Shown here: one piece after another, positions 55,235 through 63,341 of the stretch
Position numbering within the stretch: position 1 is the first letter of the stretch
How the letters are laid out: each line of letters begins with the position of its first letter
Assembly (NCBI GenBank): GCA_027592135.1
Contig: JAQCIJ010000003.1
Span: forward strand, 1-63,341
Length of the DNA stretch: 63,341 nt
Source: a bacterium
GTDB taxonomy: Bacteria; Patescibacteriota; Gracilibacteria; Peribacterales; Peribacteraceae
Reading direction: 5' to 3'
The notes under the pieces: generated by a model
The model's database searches: none
What the model saw: the letters and a program-made list of their open reading frames with translations, nothing else
Told to the model about the DNA's origin: nothing
Translations under genes and position numbers: made by a program

Positions 55235-56491
55235 TTACAACGCCAACAATTTCTCCTTCACCCCTGGAAGCGAGGGATTCATCTCGAGTGCTTTTTGCCA
55301 TGCTGCTTTTGCTTCGGATGTTTTTTCGAGTTGGGCAGCGATTGTTCCGAGCAGTTCAAAACTGCGTGCGTTGTCTGGCCATTTTTCTGTAGCAAGTTTT
55401 GCTTTAGCGAGGGCTGCTTCTGCTTGTCCAAGTGCAGCTGCTGCGGTCACATACCCCTGGAAGCTTTCGAAGGTCGCATCTGGGTCATTGGTTAATGCAT
55501 CGTATTGATCGAGTGCGAGTCCTGCGTTGCCAATTTCTAATGCATAGCGTGCTATAAGTCTGCGCACTTCACCTTGTGGAGCAAAACCGTTTGTCAGTGC
55601 ATATTCGAAGAATGTAATAGCATTTTGATATTCATGTAGAGCTGCGTACGACCTTGCAAGGAAGTATTGAATCTCTGGCTTTTGTGGATCGAGGGAATAC
55701 GCCTGCTCGAGAGATGCAAGTGCTTGCTCTGGCCTCTCAGATGTAAGTTCGCAGTATCCTTGTACTACCCAGGCGTCACGATAGTCTTCTTTAGAAGATG
55801 TGACCTGAATAAGAAGTGGGAGAGCCAATTCACATTCTTGTACTTGGGCTAATGCACGGGAGAGCAGAGTGATCAGATGAATATCTGTACCACTAGGGAA
55901 CAGGGCAAATTCATCATAGGCTGCCTGGAGTGTTCGGGCATAACTTCGCAGAACTGGATCCCATCCATTAGTGGTAAGAGCGATTTCCTGCATTGCTCGA
56001 TCGTGACTTCCTTGGATAAGAGCGAGCAGCGCAAGCCCGTAGTGTTTTTGTGGAGAATCTTCTGCACTATCTAACACCTTTTTTGCTTCGACTAATTCTC
56101 CAGATCGCAGTTGAATAATCACTTCAATAAGTAGTATATCTTCTGGTCTGGCTCCTGCACTTTTCATCTGTTTTACTGTAGAACGAATTCCTTTGATGTC
56201 TCTCCGTTGCAGTTGTGCCTTCGCAAGTTTACGCAGTGCCACTAAGCCACCTTCACTTTTTACAGCTTTTTGATATTGTTCCTCGGCCTCCGACCATTCT
56301 CCACGCAGAGCAAATATATCTCCTTGTCGTAAGTGCAGTAACGAAGCATCTCCATGATCCATAGGAATAGTATTTATTATAGGGATAGGTGCACCCAGTA
56401 GATCTGTATCCACAAATTGTTGCCCTCCAAGCTGCAGAGTGGACTGTGTTATCTGCCACCAGAGGAATGCTATCAAGAGACCAGCACACAT
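55235..56491 (-). CDS. tetratricopeptide repeat protein with N-terminal anchor
   Basis: Repeated A...Y..A..L.P TPR patterns; YRDAW...GY. Confidence 0.85.
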   Translation of the reverse strand: MCAGLLIAFLWWQITQSTLQLGGQQFVDTDLLGAPIPIINTIPMDHGDASLLHLRQGDIFALRGEWSEAEEQYQKAVKSEGGLVALRKLAKAQLQRRDIKGIRSTVKQMKSAGARPEDILLIEVIIQLRSGELVEAKKVLDSAEDSPQKHYGLALLALIQGSHDRAMQEIALTTNGWDPVLRSYARTLQAAYDEFALFPSGTDIHLITLLSRALAQVQECELALPLLIQVTSSKEDYRDAWVVQGYCELTSERPEQALASLEQAYSLDPQKPEIQYFLARSYAALHEYQNAITFFEYALTNGFAPQGEVRRLIARYALEIGNAGLALDQYDALTNDPDATFESFQGYVTAAAALGQAEAALAKAKLATEKWPDNARSFELLGTIAAQLEKTSEAKAAWQKALEMNPSLPGVKEKLLAL

Positions 56492-56548
56492 TGCTGCTAG
56501 TAGTATTGGTGCGATGATTCGGGGAGGAATTTTTATGGCAGTTAGGGG

Positions 56549-57175
56549 TTAGTCATTTGGGTCAACTGCTGGACTCAACTCTCCATCTTCACTTGATGCA
56601 GCTCCTACAGTTGCCATAGCTGCTGCATCTGCAACATGTTTGGGGATCACTGCTTCTATAGCTGCCCACGTTGCTTCTATGTTTTCTGGTAAAAGCATAG
56701 TGATTTGGTCACCAACTTCTGCACGGTAGAATGTTACGGATGCAAGAAGAACTCGGTAGACTTTTCCTCCTGCAAGGATTTTGTACTGTCCATCTTCTTG
56801 GATAAGTACACCTAGTGCAGTTTTTCTATTAATTGGTGAAATTTGCTTGTAGACGAACTTTCCTTCATCGGTAATGGTAAGTTTCATTCCATCTCCTTCT
56901 ACCAGCTTACTTTTCGAAGCGTAGTTGGCAGGGATAGGATATCCTTGCCCTTCGCCATCAATCATATTTTGCCCATCAAAGATTCCTTCAACGACTTTAC
57001 CCTCTGTACTTATTGATGGAGACCTAGATTCTGCACTTGCACGAACTGTAAAACGCTCTTTGTCAGTGTCAATAATGCCAGTCAAATCTCGCATCAACGC
57101 ATTTGCTGTCTTAAGAGAGGAGGAAGCGCTATTTATGAGATCTTGTATTTGGAGGAGTTTATCATCTGACATCAT
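56549..57175 (-). CDS. conserved hypothetical protein of a type common in CPR genomes
   Basis: VEG.FDGQ.M...G..YP.PANYASKSKLVEGD..KLTI...G.F.YKQI.P. Confidence 0.75.
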   Translation of the reverse strand: MMSDDKLLQIQDLINSASSSLKTANALMRDLTGIIDTDKERFTVRASAESRSPSISTEGKVVEGIFDGQNMIDGEGQGYPIPANYASKSKLVEGDGMKLTITDEGKFVYKQISPINRKTALGVLIQEDGQYKILAGGKVYRVLLASVTFYRAEVGDQITMLLPENIEATWAAIEAVIPKHVADAAAMATVGAASSEDGELSPAVDPND

Positions 57176-57176
57176 A

Positions 57177-58172
57177 TTATAGGGGAACAGAAGTGACATG
57201 GAGATCTGTTGTTTCTAGCCGTGATCTGATCTCGATGTCTGTTAGCAGTGCAGATTGTGCCCCGATGGCTCCCACTACACTTGCGGCATTTATACTACCT
57301 GTTTTTAGGGCATCTTGCAATGAAAGACCCTCTAGCAGCCCCCATGTCATACCTGTTCCAAATGCATCTCCTGCCCCTGTGGTATCTACAATCTCAATTC
57401 CAGAAACCACTGGACATCTGTAGATTGTATTGCCATCACTGGCAGCTACCCCTCTTCTTCCATTAGTAATAGCGACATTTGCTACTCCTGCAGCCAATAA
57501 CTTCTTGATCGCAGATTCGATATCGGTGGTTTTGGTAAATGTTAAAGCCTCTTCTTTGTTGAGAAGAAGTAGATCGGTATGCGCTAGAAGTTCACTGTTA
57601 TTCTTTGGCTCTAGGCCAGCATCTATTTGGCATCCCCCTGGATTCCAGGTGAGCTTTGGGCCTCCGTTTACGGCCAGCATTTCTACGATATCATCTTGGA
57701 TCTCGCAGCTGTCTTCTTGGATGTGATTTAAATAGACCCAGTCGACATCGGAGAGCTTTTTTTTATCAAACGTACTATCTTGTAAATGAGAGTTTGTACC
57801 GGCTTCATACAAAATTACACGCTCTCCACTAGAGCCTGAGAGAATAATAGAGAAGCTACTCACTTCATCTTCGACAACCGTAACGCAGCTGGTATCCACT
57901 CCTTCTGCTTGTAGTGTCTGCATCAGTTTCTCTCCCCACTGATCTGAACTGACAATACCTTCGAAGCATGCAGTACATCCAAGTCTAGAGAAGCCTACTG
58001 AGGTATTACTTGCTCCGCCTCCACAGGTTTCTATGAGCTGGTCTACACGAATCTTTGCCCCTAGTGGAAGTGCAAACGATGCAGTCTCTTTGCATTCATG
58101 GACGGTGTCCTTTGGCAATCGAACAAAAAGATCGTAGGTTGCCCCACCGATGGATAACGTTTTCTTTCCCAT
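57177..58172 (-). CDS. PfkB family carbohydrate kinase
   Basis: GGGASN....SRLG, WNPG, LNKEEA, DTTGAGDAFG.G. Confidence 0.92.
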   Translation of the reverse strand: MGKKTLSIGGATYDLFVRLPKDTVHECKETASFALPLGAKIRVDQLIETCGGGASNTSVGFSRLGCTACFEGIVSSDQWGEKLMQTLQAEGVDTSCVTVVEDEVSSFSIILSGSSGERVILYEAGTNSHLQDSTFDKKKLSDVDWVYLNHIQEDSCEIQDDIVEMLAVNGGPKLTWNPGGCQIDAGLEPKNNSELLAHTDLLLLNKEEALTFTKTTDIESAIKKLLAAGVANVAITNGRRGVAASDGNTIYRCPVVSGIEIVDTTGAGDAFGTGMTWGLLEGLSLQDALKTGSINAASVVGAIGAQSALLTDIEIRSRLETTDLHVTSVPL

Positions 58173-58176
58173 AACA

Positions 58177-60654
58177 TTATTGATGATACCGTGATTCCAT
58201 TGCCTGAAGAAAGGCTACGGTCATTTGGTTGTCTTTACGACGACGAAGGTATAGGTGATAGAGAGCTCCGCTCACTCCCAGAATGCTCCAAAGCATCCAC
58301 ATGGGAATTCCTTCATCAGAGAGAGGCATTTCTTTTATAGGCCTAGGTGTAGGCGGCGCGCTTCCCCGAAGGTCAAACGGTACAGGGTCGGATGTACCTG
58401 CCGTAAATCCTGCTCCAATTGGTGTGCCTTGTCCCAAAGCCGCAAGGTCTTCTAGTGCCTCACCGGTAGTCGTAATAGGGGTAAGCTTGAGGTAGTACGT
58501 AATACCATTCATAAGATCACGAAGGGTAAAAGCTCGTAGTTCTCCATTAAGTGTTTTCTTCTCTACCATGTCTTCTTTACTTGGATCACCAAGTGCTTCG
58601 ATTTCTGTACTATATTCTAGGATGAAGTTCGCAAGAGGGATTTCTTGCTGCAAAGAAGTCCACTCAACAAAGAGGGAACCGTCACCTGGGGTAACTTCGA
58701 GTTGTACACCGAGCACTGTTGCATCAGCAATATCACTCTTCTCATCACTTTCTCGTGGGCCTTCTAATGCAGTGACTCCAAAGTAGTATGTTGTTCCAGG
58801 GCGCAATCCTGCAACGGTAGCTGCTGCTGTAGGTCTATCAGTATCGAGAGTGTAGATAAACTCGTCAGGCGCTGTCCCTACATAGATACGGTATGCATCA
58901 ATCGTATCATCAGTGATGGGATCCCAGCTGAGAGCAATTGCATTGATTTGTCCTTCCGCTACTACACTTTGGACTTGTGGAAGTCCTCGTAACTCTACCG
59001 GTAATGACTTCTTCTGTTCTGATGCATTTCCCTGGGCATCTGCAGCGTTTACGATAGCATCGTACGACCCTGCTTCTGGAGTAAAGAGCAGTACTTGATA
59101 CTTACCAGAGGTTTTGTCCGAGCTTGTCATTGTAAAAGTCTCTCCGTTAAATGTCATAGTGATATCTTCAAGACCTGGCTCGGATTGAACAATCGCAAGA
59201 ACATCAGTTTCTTCTAATGGGTTTTCTGGAGTAAAGGTGATGCTGATAATTTCTGGTGGGGTGATATCAATAGAGAAGGCAACTTCATCAATATTTGTAT
59301 TGGCGTCTTTGTCCTCTACAGAGATGACGTGATCGACTTTTGTAGGATCGAGTGTAATAGGAATCGAGAAGTTTCCTTCGCGGTCGGTCTCTCCTTCGAA
59401 ATCTTTTTTACCACCGCGAATGATAATGTTAACAAATGATGGACCCCTTCCTTCTATGAGTACTTCGGTTTCTGCAAAGAGATCATTTTCTCTCGGAGCA
59501 TCAATCGTAATTTTTTGGGCTGCTTGCTGCACAACTTCTTTTTGTATTACATCTACAGTAAGGCTTCCTAGTGCAAGAGAAAGGTCTGCAGGGATTTCAT
59601 CTGGACTGTCTGTAAGCACCATCTGTTGTCGACCTTTTTCCGCAAACTTCAGTCCAAGAGTAAACATTTTACTTCCCTCGTCTTCGAATATAAATTCGTA
59701 TACACCAAAAGCGGGGAGTGTTGCGTTTGAATCTGTTGTTGCAAGATACACGTAGCCAGAAAAATCGAGATACCGGTTTCCGTATTGATCGTATGCAGTA
59801 AGCATCATACTTTCTGCTTTCTGTTGTTCCATATCAATAACCGTAATCAGTCTTCCATCTGGACCTATTTCTTCACGTGGAGTTTTTCCAACTACTTCAA
59901 TTTCTATGTGGTCGAATCGTGGTGGGTCTCCTGCAGCTTGTGCACGGTATTGTGATCCATTATTTAGTATGCTTGCAGCGTAGGGGTTTCCTCGATAGAA
60001 CTGCTGCTGAGCGATTGGTCCGCCAACTCCTCCACGAAGATCTCCTGCAGCAATCTCTGTTGCGCTGCGTAGGGCCTGTCCGGAGATGAGATCAATTGCT
60101 CGTAGAGAAAGTGGACCAGGGGCAGTAGCACGTACAAGGAACTGCTGTTCTCCATAGTCATCTGTTTCTCGAGTAAGTGCTTGAACAAGATCATCTGCTC
60201 TACTCGAAACAAGTTCTGCACTGCGACCGGAGAGGGCATTGCCGAATCGATCTGTGAGTACCACTGTTACGGTTATTTCTTCCCCAACGGCTACTGCTGT
60301 TTTAGGAGCGTCTACAAAACTTGCGACAAGGTCTACAGTATCTGGATGAACAGTAAGTGTGTCTGTTAATGCTCCGTCTATGATCAGTGTATATTCTCCT
60401 GCTACTTGTAGATCATTTCCCGCTACCCATGTGTGAGCAATTCCTTGATCACCTACATTGAGTGTATGTGAGAAGCTTTCTCCGATAGGAGAATGGATTG
60501 TCAATTGTGTTTGCGTGTCCGGAGTAAGCTCTTCGATAACAATTTCTGTCGCAATACCTGCAATCGTATCAAGTGCATCAACTGTCGCTGCCTGTACGCC
60601 CGTAGGAAGTAGTAGCAAGAGACTCCAAAGAAGTGTGTGTATGTGTTTTTGCAT
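58177..60654 (-). CDS. large surface protein with Ig-like and fibronectin type III domains and C-terminal TM anchor
   Basis: Signal peptide; D.FGN Ig repeats; LSW......Y.IY.G...GL.PGTTYYFGVTA; L.NG.TYY. Confidence 0.85.
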   Translation of the reverse strand: MQKHIHTLLWSLLLLLPTGVQAATVDALDTIAGIATEIVIEELTPDTQTQLTIHSPIGESFSHTLNVGDQGIAHTWVAGNDLQVAGEYTLIIDGALTDTLTVHPDTVDLVASFVDAPKTAVAVGEEITVTVVLTDRFGNALSGRSAELVSSRADDLVQALTRETDDYGEQQFLVRATAPGPLSLRAIDLISGQALRSATEIAAGDLRGGVGGPIAQQQFYRGNPYAASILNNGSQYRAQAAGDPPRFDHIEIEVVGKTPREEIGPDGRLITVIDMEQQKAESMMLTAYDQYGNRYLDFSGYVYLATTDSNATLPAFGVYEFIFEDEGSKMFTLGLKFAEKGRQQMVLTDSPDEIPADLSLALGSLTVDVIQKEVVQQAAQKITIDAPRENDLFAETEVLIEGRGPSFVNIIIRGGKKDFEGETDREGNFSIPITLDPTKVDHVISVEDKDANTNIDEVAFSIDITPPEIISITFTPENPLEETDVLAIVQSEPGLEDITMTFNGETFTMTSSDKTSGKYQVLLFTPEAGSYDAIVNAADAQGNASEQKKSLPVELRGLPQVQSVVAEGQINAIALSWDPITDDTIDAYRIYVGTAPDEFIYTLDTDRPTAAATVAGLRPGTTYYFGVTALEGPRESDEKSDIADATVLGVQLEVTPGDGSLFVEWTSLQQEIPLANFILEYSTEIEALGDPSKEDMVEKKTLNGELRAFTLRDLMNGITYYLKLTPITTTGEALEDLAALGQGTPIGAGFTAGTSDPVPFDLRGSAPPTPRPIKEMPLSDEGIPMWMLWSILGVSGALYHLYLRRRKDNQMTVAFLQAMESRYHQ

Positions 60655-60801
60655 AAATCATAGTATTCTACCATTATTTTTTGTTTTGCTCAATTCTGGA
60701 GGTGCTTCTATAAACAATAATCATACTTTTGTCTACTTAGATATTTCCCAGAGCTCATGGCGCGCTTGGTACCTTCGTCACCTTTGTCTATGCTAGAGGC
60801 A

Positions 60802-61362
60802 GTGCAAAAGCGAATGCTCCTCTTAACGGCTAGTATCTTTCTTGTCTCTTGTGGAGGTTCGGGTGACGGAGTTGTTTGTGATCAAAAGTACTGGGATGGC
60901 ACTGTGGGTACTTGTCTCCCTGATAATTGGGAAATTTTGAACGATGAGACTCTTCGGCAGCGCGGTATCCCAGAGGAGACCATTGCTGCTTTCCAGTCTT
61001 CAGAATCCTTTTCTGGACAGTTTCCTACTGTTGCAGTGACGAGAGAGCGACTTGCAAATGTAGTGGAACCCATTCAATACAGTAATGCCAATATGCGATC
61101 TGTAGAAGTTTTAGATGGATATGAGCATATTGATACACGAGAAGCATCTATAGATGGGGCAAAGATCAATATGCATGTCTTTACTGGGCAACCTATAGAA
61201 GGGGAGCCACGGAGAAGGTTTTACCAGATAAGTACCACTGTAGGAGACATAGGGTACACGGTGACTGCAGTCTCTCCTGTTTCTATCGATAAAGAACTTG
61301 AGGAGAGTTTGTTATTGATACTCGAACAGGTCACATTTACAGAGCCTGTAGTAGAAGAGTAA
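60802..61362 (+). CDS. lipoprotein, PsbP/DcrB-like fold (tentative)
   Basis: Lipobox FLVSC; LP.NW, V..E.L, GY.VTA. Start is GTG 60802 or ATG 60790. Confidence 0.65.
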   Translation: MQKRMLLLTASIFLVSCGGSGDGVVCDQKYWDGTVGTCLPDNWEILNDETLRQRGIPEETIAAFQSSESFSGQFPTVAVTRERLANVVEPIQYSNANMRSVEVLDGYEHIDTREASIDGAKINMHVFTGQPIEGEPRRRFYQISTTVGDIGYTVTAVSPVSIDKELEESLLLILEQVTFTEPVVEE

Positions 61363-61418
61363 AAATCATAGAGGATAGTGGATAGTGGTACATCAATCTG
61401 TTACCATTTCGACCTCAA

Positions 61419-61493
<75 letters not shown>

Positions 61494-61499
61494 AAGTTG

Positions 61500-61625
61500 A
61501 ATTCGAGCTGAATGCAAGCTCGAAGAGCGAAGCATGAAGCCGAAGATACTTTGCCCCTCGAAGCTCTGAGGAACGCAGTGACGAAGAGCGAAGTGGGGCA
61601 GACGCAGCGAAGGTTGGCAAGCCAA
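61500..61625. repeat. REP-like palindromic cluster downstream of tRNA-Cys
   Basis: TTCGAGCT..AGCTCGAA, TTTGCCCC..GGGGCAGA, and GAAGAGCGAAG twice. Confidence 0.5.
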
Positions 61626-61798
61626 GTAAAAGCGAAGGTAAGTCCAAAATCATTCGAGAATTCGGCTTTTAGTATATTTTTTGTTTGCAAATAGCATTCA
61701 ATAGATACAGTAGAGCGCACAAAAGGGCTACAAAAGATGAGAAATGAACAAGTATCAATTCTTGCTTAAGTGAATGGTGATTATGCTAAAGTACTTAT

Positions 61799-62521
61799 AT
61801 GAGAAAAGTAGTTCCTTGGTTAATTCCTTGGCTAGTATTTATTGCCACTATTGGAGCGTTCATAGTATTTTTAACAACTCACTTTGCTGAGTCGTGGAAG
61901 CCTTTACGTGTCTTTGAATTTTTATTTCTCATTCTTGGACCGATTTTTATTGGTTTTGGATTACATCGTTCGTGGAAATTCTCGAGTAGAATGGCATTGT
62001 CTTTTGGTATTATCTACTGCCTGATTGGCACTGCTATAACGGTACTGTATTGGTCAATTTCTCGTCATTGGCCAGCATTTTCTTCGGTGCAAGTTACTGT
62101 ACAAACAGAAGATGGCGTCCCCATACCAGATAGTACCGTTAAAGTGTTTTATGCGTGTGAAATGATGGGAATGGAAAACAACATGTCCTTGTATACTATT
62201 GCATCAAAGAAACAGCAAACCGATACACTCGGTATTGCTTCTTTTTCTCCTTATCAAGCACTCCTTCCGATTAGTGGCGCGTATTATTTTCGTACTTCCC
62301 GTCCCTGCGGTAAATACATCTTTGTTGGAAAGAATGGATATTGTGCGTATGGATCATGCGCTAAGAAAAATGCAGGATTTGCGTTAATTAATAAGAGTAT
62401 CGTTCTCAAGGGTGGCGGGTATAACTCATTTTCAGCTGTAAGAGATTACCAAGGGGTTTTTTATTTTGCTCGTATTGATGCAGATTCTCTTCAAATAGAT
62501 GTAAAATTACATCGAGAATAA
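61799..62521 (+). CDS. hypothetical membrane protein (3 TM plus extracellular beta domain with Cys)
   Basis: AT-rich ORF between tRNA-Cys and IS200. Confidence 0.65.
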   Translation: MRKVVPWLIPWLVFIATIGAFIVFLTTHFAESWKPLRVFEFLFLILGPIFIGFGLHRSWKFSSRMALSFGIIYCLIGTAITVLYWSISRHWPAFSSVQVTVQTEDGVPIPDSTVKVFYACEMMGMENNMSLYTIASKKQQTDTLGIASFSPYQALLPISGAYYFRTSRPCGKYIFVGKNGYCAYGSCAKKNAGFALINKSIVLKGGGYNSFSAVRDYQGVFYFARIDADSLQIDVKLHRE

Positions 62522-62530
62522 TTACCCCCA

Positions 62531-63160
62531 GTAAACCACCGGCTCTGCCGGTGAGACTCCACGGTGTTCTACAATTCCCGCGTTTGCTACTCTTGTAACG
62601 GGGAAAGCCCTCTATCGAAGGGGTATTTCTTTACCTCTTTTTTTCTATGTCTAGCACGACTACCTCTCAATCTCACGTGAAGTGGGATTGTATCTATCAC
62701 ATTGTGATCGTACCCAAATACAGAAAGAAACACTTGTATGGCCAAGTACGACAACGCCTCAGAGAAATCATCCGTGAGCTTCTACGACAGAAGAGCATTG
62801 AGATGATAGAAGGTGCTGTCAAACCCGACCATGTGCATATGGTACTCCGTATCCCACCACGATTCAGCGTGTCTACAATCGTAGGTTTTCTCAAGGGCAA
62901 GAGTGCCATTCGTCTACACAACGAGTTCTCCAAAAAGAAATCTGTGACACAAAAATCCTTCTGGGCTCGTGGTTACTTTGTCCGAACCATAGGAATCGAT
63001 CAACAAATGGTTGAAGAATATGTTCGAAAGCAAACAGAAGAAGACAAACGTCAGGACAACAACCCTCAGATGGAGTTCAAATGGAATTAACCTCTGAGTC
63101 TCTTTAGCAACCCCCTTCTAGGGGGTTTCCCCAAATTACCTGCTCTGCAGGTAGTTATTG
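62531..63160 (+). mobile_element. IS200/IS605 family element, tnpA only
   Basis: End hairpins CACCGGC-TCT-GCCGGTG (left) and TACCTGC-TCT-GCAGGTA (right) flank tnpA. Confidence 0.9.
62647..63090 (+). CDS. tnpA: IS200 Y1 HUH transposase
   Basis: YHIV.VPKYRKK, DHVHM (HUH), LKGKS, FWARGYFV, catalytic Y in EEYVRKQ. Confidence 0.96.
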   Translation: MSSTTTSQSHVKWDCIYHIVIVPKYRKKHLYGQVRQRLREIIRELLRQKSIEMIEGAVKPDHVHMVLRIPPRFSVSTIVGFLKGKSAIRLHNEFSKKKSVTQKSFWARGYFVRTIGIDQQMVEEYVRKQTEEDKRQDNNPQMEFKWN

Positions 63161-63244
63161 ATTTTCAAAGAGACGGTTCTTACTAGTTCGATAGACAAGA
63201 AGTACCTGCGCTATGGGTCTAAATCTTAGGCTTTAGTCTTTGTA

Positions 63245-63341
63245 CTACCCAAACGTCAAAAGATGCGGAGCGAAGATGAGAAGAAGTCCCAATGCGTACA
63301 TCAGTATTCCTCCGAAGATCAGCGTGAAGCGTCGGTATTTG
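63245..63341 (-). CDS. membrane protein C-terminus, partial
   Basis: ...KYRRFTLIFGGILMYALGLLLIFAPHLLTFG*; runs off the window end. Confidence 0.65.
   Translation of the reverse strand, partial: KYRRFTLIFGGILMYALGLLLIFAPHLLTFG

Overview
Ordinary chromosomal stretch of a small-genome bacterium. Gene content, compact spacing and leaderless starts suggest Patescibacteria (CPR), most likely Peribacteria/Peregrinibacteria, with genetic code 11; this placement is inference. Housekeeping genes include proS, valS, pyrG, pyrD-pyrK, hppA, liv ABC transporter, comEC, rsmA, DAHP synthase, pcrA, rmuC, rpsO, pnp, lexA-dinB, LCP, rplJL, dtd-rel, tig and secF, plus tRNA-Glu(UUC), tRNA-Cys(GCA) and one IS200 element. 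No CRISPR array or prophage was seen. The most interesting signals are non-coding: (1) two tandem leader-peptide attenuators, one rich in Phe/Tyr/Trp upstream of DAHP synthase and one Pro-rich upstream of an unknown gene; (2) a candidate new LexA operator (GTRNAC-AYTC-GTMCAC) found twice at lexA and once at rmuC; (3) unassigned structured RNAs at about 54690-55185 and 36234-36437, and a hammerhead-like core at 31877-31982; (4) a -10 box 6-7 nt before many start codons, implying pervasive leaderless mRNAs; (5) short 7-9-nt tandem repeats in gene ends and coding sequences, including an inverted pair enclosing a four-helix-bundle gene relic. All pairings and family calls were made by eye; no database search or folding program was run.
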